Source: Trichoplax adhaerens (lineage: Eukaryota > Animalia > Placozoa). From it: a stretch of DNA of 64,000 bases. Location of the stretch: positions 2,304,297 to 2,368,296 of the forward strand of contig NW_002060951.1 of NCBI RefSeq assembly GCF_000150275.1, in the 5' to 3' direction. The position numbers and the translations under genes were made by a program. Below the pieces are notes generated by a model. That model had not been told where the DNA came from. It searched no databases and worked only from the letters and a program-made list of their open reading frames with translations. Positions 15,181 to 30,397 of this stretch are shown here, piece by piece (positions within the stretch are counted from its first letter, which is position 1; each line of letters starts with the position of its first letter).

Positions 15181-15378
15181 TGCACTCTCCTGGTACGCGC
15201 ACAGTTGGATTGAAATCTAGCAAGATTCGAAAATGGCGTACGGCTATCTATCGCCACCAACTGGAGACTAACATTGAAACGATTTACTGTAAAATTGATA
15301 CACTATAAATAAGATTGCTGTTGTCACGATCGTTTACTTTAAATTGTGGCTTGAAAATTGAATTCATCCGGCTTGATT

Positions 15379-18300
15379 ATGGAGTCAACATTCGAAGCTA
15401 ATGATAATCCAGACGGTAGGTAGTATCCATATTTTGAACTTGGTGTTACAGACGGTCAAAAACTAATTTCCAAACTACACATTTATGCAATGGTTTTTAT
15501 GATAGCGGGTATAAACGCATATTAACGACTTAAATTATCTTAGCCAACTGTAAAATTATGTCTTTAAACCTACTGTTAAGATACTGAATAACACTCAATA
15601 CAAGAGCGTTGCTAGCTGATACTGGTTGACGTTATCAAATTAGTCAAAAATTAATCTGTAGTCTCAATTAATTACAGAATTATAGTACAGTAGTGTTTGA
15701 ATGTACTGTTTCCATTTGCATATTCTCGCTGACAAAATATGGACAATGCCATTCTACGTGATGATTACAATTTCGAATGACTTATCACACTGTAAGGTAG
15801 ATCATCTTTTCGTAGCAAAGATGATCACATTAGTGCGTAATACAGTATGTAATCGCTCAATAATGCAGTACTAATTCAGAATTACATACTGTATGATATT
15901 TCAGACTTCAAACGTGAAACATATTCGTTATTACTATACTTCTTAATCACAGGCCACGGCTACAAAGATGTTGAATAGAGATCCGTTAAAAAGTGTCTAC
16001 CTATTTACTTCGCTTCATGTTCTAGTGATTGCTATTCCTAGAAAAGCTGTTTGTGCAATATTGTATGAAGTATAAGTATTGTACTTCATCTACTATGTAC
16101 TGTACTGTATGGAGCTAAACTATCAACCTTTATTAGCCAGATTGTTATACCGCACGAGTAGATAGATACATATCAGCTCTTGAGATTTTTGTTCGTTTTA
16201 TACTACGAAAATGTTCTATGAATAACGATGTGCTTGCACCCTTATTTCTCTAGTTTTTACTCCTCTATCTTATCTCGTACTTCTTCAACATTAATTGAAA
16301 GTTTCACTCACGCGTCGTGTAAATGTATCGATTAGAATTGTATAAACTTACATTATGAATCAAAGTAACTTATATACGCTCTCATACCTTTATTCATATG
16401 TCATCAACGAATCTTTACCTGTGCCTTAGTATATGCGTACTATGCGAATTTACTTTCTTTAATAAGGGAACCCTAAACTAAAAGAAGTTAAATAGATACA
16501 GTACTGTATAAATACTATACATCAATCTAAAAATGTAACAGTGTACCTTATACAGAAGCCGTCTAGACAAATACTTTCGTGGCCAGGATTGTATGGCATA
16601 GCAATTTTAATTTGGTGTAATCTTAATAACAATTTCATGTATTTAATATTAACTGCATGATCGATCACCTTACTTAGATTTGCAAAAGCAGCTCCAGCGA
16701 CTGAAACAACATGAAACGGAATTAATGGAAAAAAATAGAGAACTGGAGCAAGAATTTGGTGTTAAACGTGCACAGTTTATGAAATTGTACTTGACTAAGG
16801 AAGGTAAGGTTGCTTAGAACGATAAGAAATTTTCAATCGCTGTGCTTTATCATATATTTCGGGTGCGTTGCATACTAGGCTGGGCCATTGTAGTTGGAGA
16901 CTGATTACATACTTACAATAATATATTTCCTGTAAAGTGTACAGCTTTAGCTATTGTGAAACCATTGATTGATGAACTGTTTCAAATCTTTTAACAGATT
17001 AGCAATTTATTCAGTATACTGTTATACCCAGATTTTCCTTCGGCGTATGAAACTCAATAGTAATACTTCGCTATTATACGTAATTTACATTAGCAATGCA
17101 ACCATATATTCTGCCCTTCTAGATGAATCATCTTACCATATTTATAACTAACTTATATAACTACTGTACAATGGGATACTTAAATTCAGCCTTGGATGTC
17201 ACAGTGCTGATGATACTTAATATCGATACAATTTTAATTTTAAAAAATTTAACTGCCATTATTATTACCGTAAGTAAGTGTAAACTTGAAGTGATGAAAA
17301 CTACCTACTGTTGAATAGAACAAGATTGCAACGTACAGTGCTGTGATCATAATGATAGTCACAGGACTGTAGAATATGAAATACTCAAGTTTACATTATG
17401 ATTTCGTGGTATCAACTGACGAGTTAGTTAAGATCGTTTATTCCGAGATGACGTCTTCTTATGTCACATTGAGCCATTATTTTAACGCTAGCTAGTGCTA
17501 CAGCATATTCCGGCATCAAACAGTGCTCCCAAAAGTTTGATATGAGATGTATTGTATAAGCAGTTAGCCTTAGTCTGCCATTATATTTATACCAATTTAT
17601 TCATGCTGCAATAGAGGAACTGAAGGCTTCTAAGAAAGAAGTAGAGCAGCTGCAATCTGAGGTCTTTCTGCTAAATGACCATTCGAAGAAGATAGAAGAT
17701 GAACTAAACGGTGTTAGAACAGCCGCCGCGCTTTCTGAGCAAGACAAGCAAGATGCTATAGAGAGCTTAAAACGACGTTACGAATCACAGTTGGAATCAT
17801 TTAAAGAATATGCCAATAGTATGTTCATCACTATTATACAGCATAATAAATATATTTAGAATATCTTCTAGAATGAGATTGTGAATATTACTGTAGATTT
17901 TGGAAACCAGTACGTGCTAACTTTTGATGATGAACTTCATCATCAATTTTTAAGGATTATCCTATAATAATTCGTCTTTCATTAATGTTCATATTCAAAA
18001 TAGGTAAGAACGAAAGTAGCACCGAATTTGAAGAAGAGCGAGCAAGACTGACTTTAATTATTGAACGATTAGAATTAGAAGTGAATGAACTGCGTAATAA
18101 TGCTCGTAAGCAAAGTACCTCACCAGCGAGCATAACTGATTTCGCTAATAAAGTCATACGGCGAAAAAACAATATTGTAACTGCAAAAGGAAGAACTCCT
18201 GCATCTAACGAGACACTGGAAGATAGTATGGAAAAGGTGTGTGTATTTCATACTCCACTGCTTTTATATAGTGATATTATCAAATTCATGATGGTAGTAA

Positions 18301-21300
18301 TTTAACAGTAATTGTGGAATAGCAAATTAATTTATATTTATTTAAAGGCACAGGAAACTGCAGATATGTTACGGTCTGTGGTTGTCCCTATGGAAGAGGT
18401 AATTAATTATAGTAGTATGGACTTTTTATAGATCAGTTTTATCTAATCTCTTCTTTGTTTAGGAAATTGCATCGCTTAGATCTAAGTTGCGAGAGACTCA
18501 AACTAAATTAAAATACTATGAAAATAAGGTGAGAGTGGCGATAATATGTAATAAGTAAACATTCATAAATTATATATATATATATAGCCGTTAATTTTAA
18601 CGCTTTTATTCTCGGTACTGTTAGCAATCGAAACATCAGATTGCGAATCAAAATCTAATCGATATTCAAGGAGATTTAGAAGGTGCCAATGAAGAGGTAC
18701 AATTTTACCAGTTCTTAGATTTACCACATACCAATCTAAGATTTCAGTTAATTGAATTTCTGTTACTACTCAAGTAAAAATATATATCGATTTTTAAATT
18801 AGGTTAAAGGGCTGCAGTCCTGCCTCAGTGCAGAGCGATCTTCCAGAACAGATCTTGAAATGTATGTTGCAGTTTTGAACACACAAAAAGGTTTGCTGAC
18901 AAATATCAACATAACTTTTAAATACAATGATTATATGAACACAATCTGTTTTTGTACTGTATCGATTGTTTTACTTGTTAATAACCATACATTATCAATA
19001 GATGTACTCCAAGAAGAGAAGCAACAGTTAGAAGAGGAATTTAGAAGAGGTTTGTTTGCTAGAATGAGATCTCTTTCAAAATATACTAGAATATACTATT
19101 TACTATTGGCACAAGTTTCAATTGGCTTGTTTAGTGAAAGATACAGTACAGCAGGCTAATAAAGCTTTAACATTCTTGGTTACAGTATGTAGGTTGTTAG
19201 AAGATGAAAAAATGGCGGGCAATGAACTTAAGCAGACATGGAAACTTGCCAATGACGGTTTTTTAGAGCGTCAGAAATCCTTTCAAAACGAAATTGATTG
19301 TATGAAAATTTTGCTATCTCCGCAGCAGCAAGAGATACTACAAGACATGTTATATAAGAAAGATAACAAAGAATCACATCCTTCCAACTACCAAGTGTCC
19401 AGTTCAATAAATTTTGCCAGTGTAAGTAATAATCGTGTAATTATAATAGTCACTGAAAATATCCTTAATAATCTTGGATGCAGATGTACAGTACAGTATC
19501 GTATTGCAATAAAAATAAATAGGCTAAACGAATATATTTTAAATCTTATCAGCAATCAGCAGATACTGGGATAATACTTCCAAACCTGCCAATTCAAAAG
19601 AGCGAGAACAATAATAAACTCCCTCCAGTAACTGAACAGAATAATCGTAATAGCACGGACGACACCTTAATTGATTTATCTAGCACCGATACTAGTAACA
19701 GATTAGGACCTGCATCATCGTTAACGTCACTAAATGTTAGCTCAAATTATGATGAAAGGATCAAGCGAGTCCAATCAGATAATAATGTAGCCAGTAGGGA
19801 TAAAAGTAAAAGTTTCAGCGTTAGCAGTCCTTATAGAGGCGATAGTGGATATTCACAGTGGACTAACGAGAATCAAATGCCTAATAAAGATAGCTTTTTC
19901 CGGAACGAATTAGCTTCACTGCAACAAGAGGTTATTAGTCCTAACTTCAATGATTGCAAGTTTTGAGATTAACAGCTACTTGGTAGTTTTCTTAACTTAA
20001 AATACCGTTTAAATCAAATAACATGCGTACTTGAATTAGGTTAAGCAGTTGAAGGAGAAGCTATCCAGCGCTGAAGCTTTATGCGATAACTATGAACTTC
20101 AACTTCAAAATTCTGAAAAGGATATCGCTACACATAGTGAAACACAGGAGAGCTTGAAATCACAAATTGAAATTGAAAAGGTAAGCAGGATGATATGGCA
20201 ATATATGCTCTCTGTGATACTTGTAGAAGGTTAACATTTTACCGCACTATTTGTGAATATTAATGTTTCATAAATTCATAGAATGTTGGGAAGATAGAAA
20301 GGCAGAGACGCCTAGCACTAGAAAAGAGCATGAAAACTGCTAACGACAAGAATGATGTGCTGGTACGCGTATTTACGAAGTTTTTCAAATTCTTTTCCTG
20401 GGGCTACCGTATTTTACTTACTAATGATCTTAAAATTCTGGTGTAATAGATAAAACAATATCGTGAGGAACAAGACAGAAACGAGAGGCTATTTTCTAGT
20501 ATAGAAGAAAGCTATAAGATTGCCCAAAAGCAAATAGCGGAGCAAATAGTTTGTATAATCAATTGACTGGCTGTCTTAGTAATCATTTATATATGGTTAA
20601 TCTCCAATAAATCTGACTATCGCATTTTGACTTACAGAAAGACTTATCTGACTCACGAAATAAGCTGACTGCTGAAGTAAGAATTTAGCGATTGGTCGAA
20701 GTAATTCTAATATTAGAGTATATATTAATGCTATCATCTAATAAAAATCACTATTACAATCCCTAGCTTTCAATGCTGAAAGCACAGTATAGTGCATTAC
20801 AGAACCAACAGCAAGCAGTTTCTAGTGGAAGTGCATCTTTATCCGCATTATCTCAGGTATTCTTTCACTATTTAATCGAATTATTTGTGAATCCTAGCTA
20901 ACTATAATTTTCTTTTTCGATAGGCACAAAGCAATTATCGAGAAGAAATTAATCAATTAAAGCAACAATTAACAGTGGAACGATCGAATTCTAAAGCTGT
21001 CGAAACAAAGTTAAAACGCGAAGTACTGTATTAATCTTAACCCAAGATATATTAAAATAGATTTTTAATAACAAAAGTTCTTTTTAATAGATTGACTACT
21101 TGACAAAAGAACTGACATCTTCATTATTAGATGGAAACCGAAACATTTCCCCAAAAATTGCTTCTCAAGGTGCAATTGTTGTCAAAATGCTAGTAACATG
21201 TAATTAGGCGAGATAGTAGTCGATCTTCAATGATATAGATGTTTGGTATTGATAATAGTAGTATTGTTACTGTGTTAATAACTAGCGGTAACCCAAATAA

Positions 21301-21800
21301 TAACATTTGTAGGTGTCTCAGAGTTTGATCCTTTCGCAGCAGTGTTCCCTAATTCATTTGTAAGTAACAGCTTATGGAATTTAATTTTGCCATAATAGAC
21401 TTTAACTGAAAAAGGATATATCCACACTTATTAAAGGTAGACAGTAATATGATACAATTGTTTAGAGCAATTCCAGCGTAGCAGAGAAGAAACAGGAAGG
21501 TGATAGTCATGCTGATGTTGAAGGCTTTTTGTATAGCAAACCTCAGTTTGAAACTGGCGAGGTAAGATATTAAATACATAGTATACCTTATGTTCATAAT
21601 AATTAATTATCAATACGTGGTAATAATATAGTTAAAAAAACTTAAATCATTCCGAGATGTATGATATAACAGTCGATGTATCTTCCTTACAAGCAGCAAC
21701 TGACTGCAAGGATGCTAAACTTTTTTGATCATATAATGCTTAGGAGAAATCGGAAAATGAACTCCTCGATTTAAGACAGCATTTACTTGGAAACCCTTAA
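15379..21800 (+). CDS. RABEP1: Rabaptin (RABEP1/RABEP2-like Rab GTPase effector), many small exons
   Basis: EFGVKRAQFMKLYLTKEEELK, AQETADMLRSVVVPMEEEIASLRSKL, AERSSRTDLEMYVAVLNTQK, ELKQTWKLANDGFLE and LCDNYELQLQ match rabaptin-5 motifs. ATG 15379; inferred last exon 21742-21800 ending ..QHLLGNP*. Confidence 0.88.
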
Positions 21801-23176
21801 ATGTACATATGTTCACACTGTAATATTTGGTAATTTGCTAATGAAAAAATTCGAGCTATCTATGTTATACGGTGATAGGTACGAAAGATAGATTTTATTT
21901 AATAATTGCATCTGAAAATGACCTAGCTATACTAACAATTTTATACACTATTTTTGTCAAATTATATTACAAAATTATTAATGCATTTATACGTCAAAAG
22001 AAATTTGATACCTTAAATTTCTCAACATAAATTATTATTCAATACCATCAAGTATCTGAATTAAAAATTATGACAGCTTTTGACTTAGTAGTTACGAGTC
22101 TTCTAATGACTATGTGCAATCGTGCATGTGGTATTAGCTACAGCTATTGTTAGGATCGATTATTAGTTAATACCATGCATTATATTATGTACTGTAGATA
22201 AACTGCAACTGTTGAATACTGCCATTTACTATAGGCGATAGTAATGTATTTAATTATACTTCCTGCACTAGCCTCTTAAAATTGTTGAAATACTACGGTT
22301 GGTTCCATATTTACGAATTATTACAATTAATTATAGGTTTGTGTCCTAAGCGGTGTGATATTTTACATATAATATCTTATGAAAACTGCGTTTATCTAAA
22401 ATAGATACAACCTAATATTATGCCTCAACGCATTTTAGCTCATTACAATCATTACTACCACATTAATTGCATACAAGTATATATATATATATATACATAT
22501 CCAATACATGCATACTCGCAAGTTCGCAATATAACAATATCTAGGAACTAGTATATACTACAGTGCTCGATGATATCGAAGACTGTGAGTATTTGGTATG
22601 TATAGGACATCGTTGCATCGTCAACTTACTTAAATGAATCAGCCTTTATACTTCCTAAAGCGTTCTACTTCACAATTTTAGTATACTACAATGAAATAAA
22701 CAAGTTTAAATGCTACTCTTTTATTATAATTATCGGTAAAAATGACCATGATCTTTATGTAACTCTAGCAACTTAATGTCATTAAATGCGTTTTAGAAAG
22801 TGAAATAAACTCTTGTTTTTATCATAATTAAAGGATTTAGGCCTTTCATTCTCCTCTAGAAAGTATGCTCCATTTTATCATATGCAAAAAATCGCCTACT
22901 TAAAACTAAATTGAATAAAATTAAACTGTAAAATAGTATTTCATTAAAACTTCTCATTTGTGATACTGTAAGTACAAAGGGAGACACAGTAAATATTCCT
23001 TAGAATTTATCCGAAGCGCATGTACACGAGTAGCTGCCTATTTTACGTAACTTCATTTCAATATTTATTTTGAATGATTGCCTCTACACAAAATTCGCAA
23101 AAATACAAGTCAAGTTCCCATCAAGTAACTAATCATCATCTTGCCGGGGCATCTAGATAGTGAATATAGTGTGCCA

Positions 23177-26100
23177 TTACTTGCTTTTGTCAAAAATTTC
23201 TGCCAATGAAGCTCTAACCGAAGATCACGAAGAAAATTAAATATAATTACAGATTATGTATGAATAGCCAAGAACAGTAACACCCTGAAATGTTAAATAA
23301 ATTCTTACTTTGCATCATCAACTTGCAGCTGCAGTCGTTCCTACAATAATTAATGATCACAACATTTAGATATTACTATCTAAGCCGGTATTCTTAACAT
23401 GTTTAAATTTTAGCACTTTATTTCAGTAATAGCGCTTCACATGGCAAACATAGCTTATATTGCTGCACTGTTATAAATTTCGTTAATGCTGTCCAAAATC
23501 GCACCTTAATGGTTTCTGAAGTTGCTCTCCGTAAGCGACTAGTTAAATCTATAATAGTAGCTTTGAGACCAGTAGCATTATACCAAATGCGTATTGATCT
23601 ATCATTTCCACCAGATGAAGCTAAATATTTGGAAGATGGGTGCCACTTTATTGCGGTCAACACTTCTGCAGATAGAATTTGCAATGGTACTATTACATAT
23701 TAAAATTTTACTTATGAATAATATAGTGAATGCTTCTAATTACCAACCAGCATGCACATTGTCGATACTTTCGTCTAATTTTGCGTCATACGCAAAGAAG
23801 AAATCTATCCTCGTCCCAGAAGCTATAGCAACTGTTCGCGCATCTGGTGACAGGGCTATTAAACTAAAACCTTGCGTATGGCAACTTCCGGTCATCATAC
23901 AACGCGGATCTTGATCTAACCTGTAATGAACTGACAACAGAATTTTTTATCACATCTCTACAATGTATAAAATTTAATCCAAATAGCTAAATCTGAATTT
24001 ATTTATTGTGTACCACTGATATCCCAAATTTTCCAAAATCCATCCTTAGAAACAGTAGCCATTCTGTATATGATTATAATGAAGATAGTTCAATCTTCTT
24101 TGAAATGCATGATATGAACTTACGAATACATCAGTAGTGCCAACTAACTTTGAAACATCATCAGAAAAATTAAATGAATAAACGGCTGCCTTATGTCCTT
24201 TTAACTCCATGGCCCTCGAAACCTTAAAGCAGTTCGCGTGTGTATTAATTTAACAGTAACCATACTTTAGCAGGAATCGTCTCGCACTATACCTTAGAGT
24301 ATTCGTCTGATTTAGTAAACTCGACTTCCCATAGTTTAACATCCGAAATAAATCCTTAAAAGGTAATAAATTAAAATTAGTTGATTGATGTACGATATAT
24401 ATCTATCACTACAACACACTTTGAGTTACAAGGAATAATATCACTAATAATAACAGCCTAGTAACTCCAAATGGCGCACGAAGGCCACTCTACCTGAAGT
24501 AGCCACGAATTTCCCACAAGGTGATATCGCTGCATATGTATTTACAACCTGCAAGGTATCAATTTGGCAAAGTACTTCCCCTGCAACAAAAGTTTTCAAT
24601 CTTTAAAATATGCCTACTTAAAATATTTAGTAAAGCAATAAACCTTTCAAACTCCAAATGATCAAAGTAGTATCTTTTGAACAGCTCATAATATATTTTC
24701 CTGTTGGCGCAATGTTCAGCGCAATAATTTCTTGTTTATGTTTCTATAAAAGTAGAGATTGGCTTAATATGATGATAAAATATCCCTCTATTTATAATGC
24801 GATACACTTGTAAGTGCTAACTATACCACTGGAAAATCATAGGCAGGTGTAATTTCACCGGATCCATCGGCTTTTTTGCCAATTTTGAAAACTCGAATAG
24901 TATTTTCTTGTCCAAGGGAAACAATGAACGCTCTAAATGTCATTCATTTTTAGTATGTATAAATCATATATAAATACAACCTTACCAGAATAATTACTTG
25001 ACATTTAAGCAGGTATAAAAATACTATATCAAAGTAACAGCGAAATTAGTTTGAAGCATTACAGTACCTTATATCAGGGCTGACACTTATTCTTGAACCA
25101 TGATCTAATTCCACATTGACTCTAAGATACCTAGTAAAAGATACACACACTCTTTACTTCAACGCAATCCATTATAATTACATAGCAAAAATGATATTGT
25201 TATCATGCCTGGTAAGTAAATCAACAAGCTAAGCAGATTACTTAGGCATATTCAGTATACTCGTGTTAGCAATCACATATTCTATTCTACAATTGTATAA
25301 GCAATTAATATCGTATTTTCTTGAGTAAAACACAGATCACTTAATTTTCATGTTTCTTATGCTGCAATAAGTACAGCATACAACCACTTATTACATACAC
25401 AAATAATTATCATATTTATTGCTCTATAATGTGTAAATGTATTCAATAAACAGTTCCACAATTAATTTTAAAGAAAAAACGATGAATCAATATCTGACTT
25501 ACTTATGTTCTTTATTCTTAAATTCTTTAACACTCCATAATCTAACGCTGCGATCTTCATTAAGTATATCATAAAGATCATCATTCGGTTAAGTTGCAAT
25601 ATGAATAGTGAGTATTTATAACAACAAGCTGTAATCGCTTTGTTTGCATAATATGCTTGTATTTCTACTTAGTAGCCGATAAATACAGATATTTCGTATA
25701 TTATATCGCAGAACTATTGAAAACAATGCACACTAATAGCTATAAATTTTGCTCAGATATGAACGGCATGAATTTAAGTCTAACACAGACTACAGTACTG
25801 ACTATTTCAGTTAGCGCTAGCAAGTAAATCCAACCATAGTGAGTCATAGTATGAAAAAGCAGTGATATATCACTACAGTATGACATACGAATAAAAATTA
25901 TGTATGTTCAATATCTTCCAGACTATATTGCCCATTCAGTTAAAATCTTAACTACTGTACTAGATGCATATGTCAGAATGATCTAGTCTCCTATTTAGAG
26001 TTAAAATTATTGTTACGGAACAATAAGTAAGTTGCCCGTCATTCAACATTGCCATTGAAAGCACTTAATAGCTTTTAAAGAATCGAAAATAACTAATCTG

Positions 26101-26906
26101 ATAGGTGGTAGAGCTTTAGGGTATTATCAGACTACAGTAAAGTCTGATTTAAATTAGCCTTATCCGCCATATCCTGAGCAGGAAGTTAGCATAAAGCAAA
26201 TTTATATCTTATCCTATTCAGTAAATTAAGTAGCAAAAATAGCTTATTTCAATGATACAGCATCTATAGGTCCTAAAATCTACGAGTGTTACACGATTAT
26301 CTAAAGCAAAGCTAATAGTAATAATATAATAATCAATGACATGCAATCTAATAATGTATCAATTTTAGTAATCCACGTCAGTAGCAGATACTAAAATGAA
26401 AAATTACGCCATTAAAGCAAAGGCAATTTTCCATGAGCCGTGAATCACCCGTGATGGGGAATTCATTTATTCAAGGGCTGCAATGAAATCATTAGCTCAA
26501 CTACAGTATCTAAATTTTAATTTATACAGTATATACGTACATTACCTTCAGATGTTGATGCCAAGTATTTAGCATTTATACTAAACTCAATATCGATAAC
26601 ATCGCCAGTATGACCTTTCAATGTAGTTAATAGTAATGGATGGGATAAAACTGGAGGGCTGGGAAATTTTTTACCGCTAACATGTTTGGCTCTTTTTTTA
26701 CTAACGGTTGCACTCGAATCACCAGTATTATCTTTCTCCTGATTACTACTCCCACTATCAAATAACTTATCGTAAGTTTGGCGTTCTATCCTCTCCTTAC
26801 TTTTTTGTTTATAAATACAAATAATTGTAATAACTATAGCTATAACGGCAGAAAATATAGCGATGGGAACATGCAGTATTCCTGTTTCAGCGTCGTAGCC
26901 TGCCAT
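23177..26906 (-). CDS. TBL2: Transducin beta-like 2, WD40 protein with N-terminal TM anchor
   Basis: N-terminal TM (VPIAIFSAVIAIVITIICIY), HPLLLTTLKGHTGDV..FSINAKYLAS, YLRVNVELDHG, AISPCGKFVATSG, MELKGHKAAV, ATVSKDGFWKIWD, IALSPDARTVAIA, C-terminal coiled coil ..ETIKERLQLQVDDAK; ATG 26906, TAA 23179-23177. Confidence 0.92.
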
Positions 26907-26989
26907 TTTATCCCAACTTTTATCCCAACTGGCACCAAGACCAGAGTAAAATGCACAAGGCTTCAAACTAGCCTGTCCCCATAATTCAG

Positions 26990-27131
26990 TGTAAGTACTG
27001 TACTGTACGGTTGTACTACTGTACAGTACAGTAGAGCATTGGAGCACAGTACTGTATTGTTGTACGGTGTACAGTACTGTATCCTACTGTACTATGTACT
27101 GTGCATGCCAGGTGTACAGTACAGTACAGTA
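26990..27131. promoter_or_regulatory. TACAG/CTGTA-rich patch in the TBL2/TUFM divergent promoter
   Basis: Pentamer mosaic fills the 295-bp gap between divergent ATGs 26906 and 27202. Confidence 0.6.
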
Positions 27132-27201
27132 TGCTTATTATCAAAGATTGAAGGTCCAGCTTGACCTCGGTGCAAAACGAAGTATACTGCATTCGGTCGC
27201 C

Positions 27202-29769
27202 ATGGCAGGATTAGCAGGTAATTATATTATTGCAACCATGGATCATATCAGTTGTGACGATTTCTTATCCATATTAACAATATGAATATTCATCAATTGT
27301 TTCTTTTAACTGCTCCATTAAATATGTATACATACAGCACAGTATAATTAATAATTGAGAGCTTCATGACACCCTGTGAACAAAAACTAGGTAATCTCAG
27401 CTTCCAGCTTTTGGTCAATCGATTAGCTTAATAATACACAAACAGTAAAGCTGTAATTATTTCTCTACACCAGTATGCAATTGCGAATACGGTACCTTTT
27501 CCGACACTGATCCAAACCATTAACTTTGAAATGTCATCAACTACGTCCAGTAGAACTAGATAAATGTTAAACCAAATTTATTGATTTTTCTACTTGTATT
27601 CATGTAAGCTTGCATTCATGAATGTTAAGATGTGATCATTTCTTGTCATATAGCAAAACATTATCTTTCCACCATAAGAAAATTTGCTCGAGCCTTTGCT
27701 ACCAAAACCTTCACTAGAGATAGACCTCATATTAATATCGGAACGATTGGTCATGTTGACCATGGAAAAACAACATTGACTGCTGCAATTACCAAAGGTT
27801 TGCTAAGCTATCTAATTTGTATCATCATGCCCATCTGCATAGTTGTTAGTACTGCGCAAGTGAACTGATTGATGCTATGGGCGTTCAATGAATGGAAAAA
27901 TTTTTATAATATTCATGGAGCTCGTTCTACATATGATTATATCCGTAGTATTGGCTGAAAAAGGAGACGCACAATTCAAATCCTATGGAGAAATCGATAG
28001 AGCACCAGAGGAAAGAGCTCGCGGAATCACAATTTCCACTGCGCATGTTGAATATTCTACTAACGAACGTCACTATGCTCACATAGATTGTCCTGGTCAT
28101 GCAGATTATATAAAGGTATGAATGTGAACCTTTGATATTAATGGAATACTGTACTGTACTAGTTTACCATCAACAAATCCGTGACTTAGCTCTTTGAATC
28201 AGAATATGATTACAGGAGCTGCACAAATGGATGGCGCGATATTAGTAGTCGCTGGTACGGAAGGCCAGATGCCGCAAACTCGAGAGCATCTCCTCCTAGC
28301 AAAGCAGGTGACAAGTGACAACATAAATGTGCTCCGCTCTACCTTCTAAAGTTCAATTGTGAAATTAATGTGCCATTCATTTTTTTAACTGCGAAAATAA
28401 TATCTCTATTGTTCTTAATCAAGGTGGGTATAAAAGAAATTTGTGTTTACGTCAACAAAGCTGATGTCGTAGAGGATAAAGAGATGATCGAATTAGTTCA
28501 ATTGGAGATGTTAGAGATTCTTGATGAATTCGGCTACGATAGTGAGAAAACACCTATCGTTGTGGGCTCTGCTTTATGTGCACTAGAGGTATGGGGTATA
28601 ACCAGAACTTAATTAAAATCTTCGCAGCAATTTGTTTCTTCTAAGAAAACTTATGTTAGCAACCTGACCCGTTAGGGCCGAAAACCAGAACTTGGGAGGG
28701 ATTCTATAATGAAGTTACTAGATGAAATTGATAGGCATATTCCAGAACCCAAAAGAGATTTAGAGAAACCTTTCCTCTTACCAGTGGAAGATACTTATTC
28801 GATATCGGGTAGAGGTACCGTTATCACTGGTAGAGTTGAACGTGGAATACTCAAGAAAGGAGATGAAGTACAATTTGTTGGTCGAAATTCTGAACTAAAG
28901 TCTATTATCACTGGTAAATTAAGACTATATCTTTGTAATCGACCTAATTTTAAATTAATAACCAACTTCCTGGGCAGATTAAATTCATGACATATTTTAA
29001 TCGTTTCCCAGATCGTAAGGTAACTTCTGCTACGTAGTCAGTTGAAGGCACTATTAATCGAAAAATTCTACGCTCAGGGCCTTACGTTGTGTTACAGGTA
29101 TCGAAATGTTTAGAAAAAGCCTTGATGAAGCTAGACCTGGTGATAATATTGGAGCTTTAGTTCGAGGTTTGAAGCGCGATCAGGTCAAAAGGGGAATGGT
29201 GATGGCAGCTCCAGGAACAGTGAAATCATTCACAAAATTTGAAGCTCAGGTTTGTTAAGTTATTAATCGTTGCCCGACAGTCATTAAATAAAAGAAGTTG
29301 TAGCGTAATGCATGACTAATCAATGGGTGATAACTGATTGCAGCAGCTTCTTGCCAATATCCAAATCAATAATTGATAGTAACATTTCTGTCTGTTTAAG
29401 GTTTACCTATTGCAAAAAACTGAAGGCGGTAGACACAAACCGGTGATTAGCAATTATTCTCCACAATTATTCACCCGGACTGCAGATGTTACCTGCAAGC
29501 TAATGCTACCAGATGATAAGGAAATGTTAATGCCTGGTATTTATTTTTAAAATTGACGCTACTGATAAAAATACGATTGTAATCTATAAATATTCTTAAT
29601 CTGGCTTATGATTTTGTTTAATTAATTTGTTTTCATGCTATTAGGTGAAGATGCAAACATGGTAATCACTTTGCATACAGACATGCCCTTAGAAGTGAAT
29701 CAGCGATTTACATTACGAGATTCAAATCAGACTGTAGGAACTGGAATTGTCACGAAATACCTTAAATGA
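27202..29769 (+). CDS. TUFM: Mitochondrial elongation factor Tu, paralog A
   Basis: Micro exon 1 ATGGCAGGATTAGCAG|gt in strong gccATGG context gives presequence [21 protein letters not shown]. Then [80 protein letters not shown]; TGA 29767-29769. Confidence 0.95.
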
Positions 29770-30397
29770 AACAAACTGAAATAAAAATTATTAGATCAGT
29801 AAATTAAAACTATTTATACGCGTACGGTGTGCTTAAAGCTTAGTCGAGAGATCAAGATACTCTCAATTCGCTATTGCATCAGGCTCTAGTGAAACTAATA
29901 AGAAGCAGCTTTCTATTACACATCTTATGATGTTCACTAGTAATACCGTTGGTAGACATAGCACTTTGTAATCAGTCACTTATAACATAAATGTACCAGG
30001 AATTTTTAAAGAGTGCCGTGATATATATATATTTAATATTGCCAATACAATCTTTATTGCAGATTTGCAGTTTATATTGAATACAGATTATGTTAGCAGT
30101 GTATTCTTCGGCGGCATGAAATAATTCCCGGCAATCTAGTTGTAGCATAAATTTGATAGAAATAAAATGTTAAAAAAAGTTTTAAACTGATTAAATTCTG
30201 GGAAAGAGTATTTGTAATTCAAAGCGCAGTCAACAACTCCGTATTAGTGGATTGCTAAAGTTATATGACTAAGTAAAACCTATATTTAAAGCTAATTCAA
30301 TTAGGGCTTATTCAACAATGATTCGCCAATATAATTTAATCAATTAATTACCAAAACGTTAAAGTCAGCTATCAACAAATATTGTTATATTTACAGT

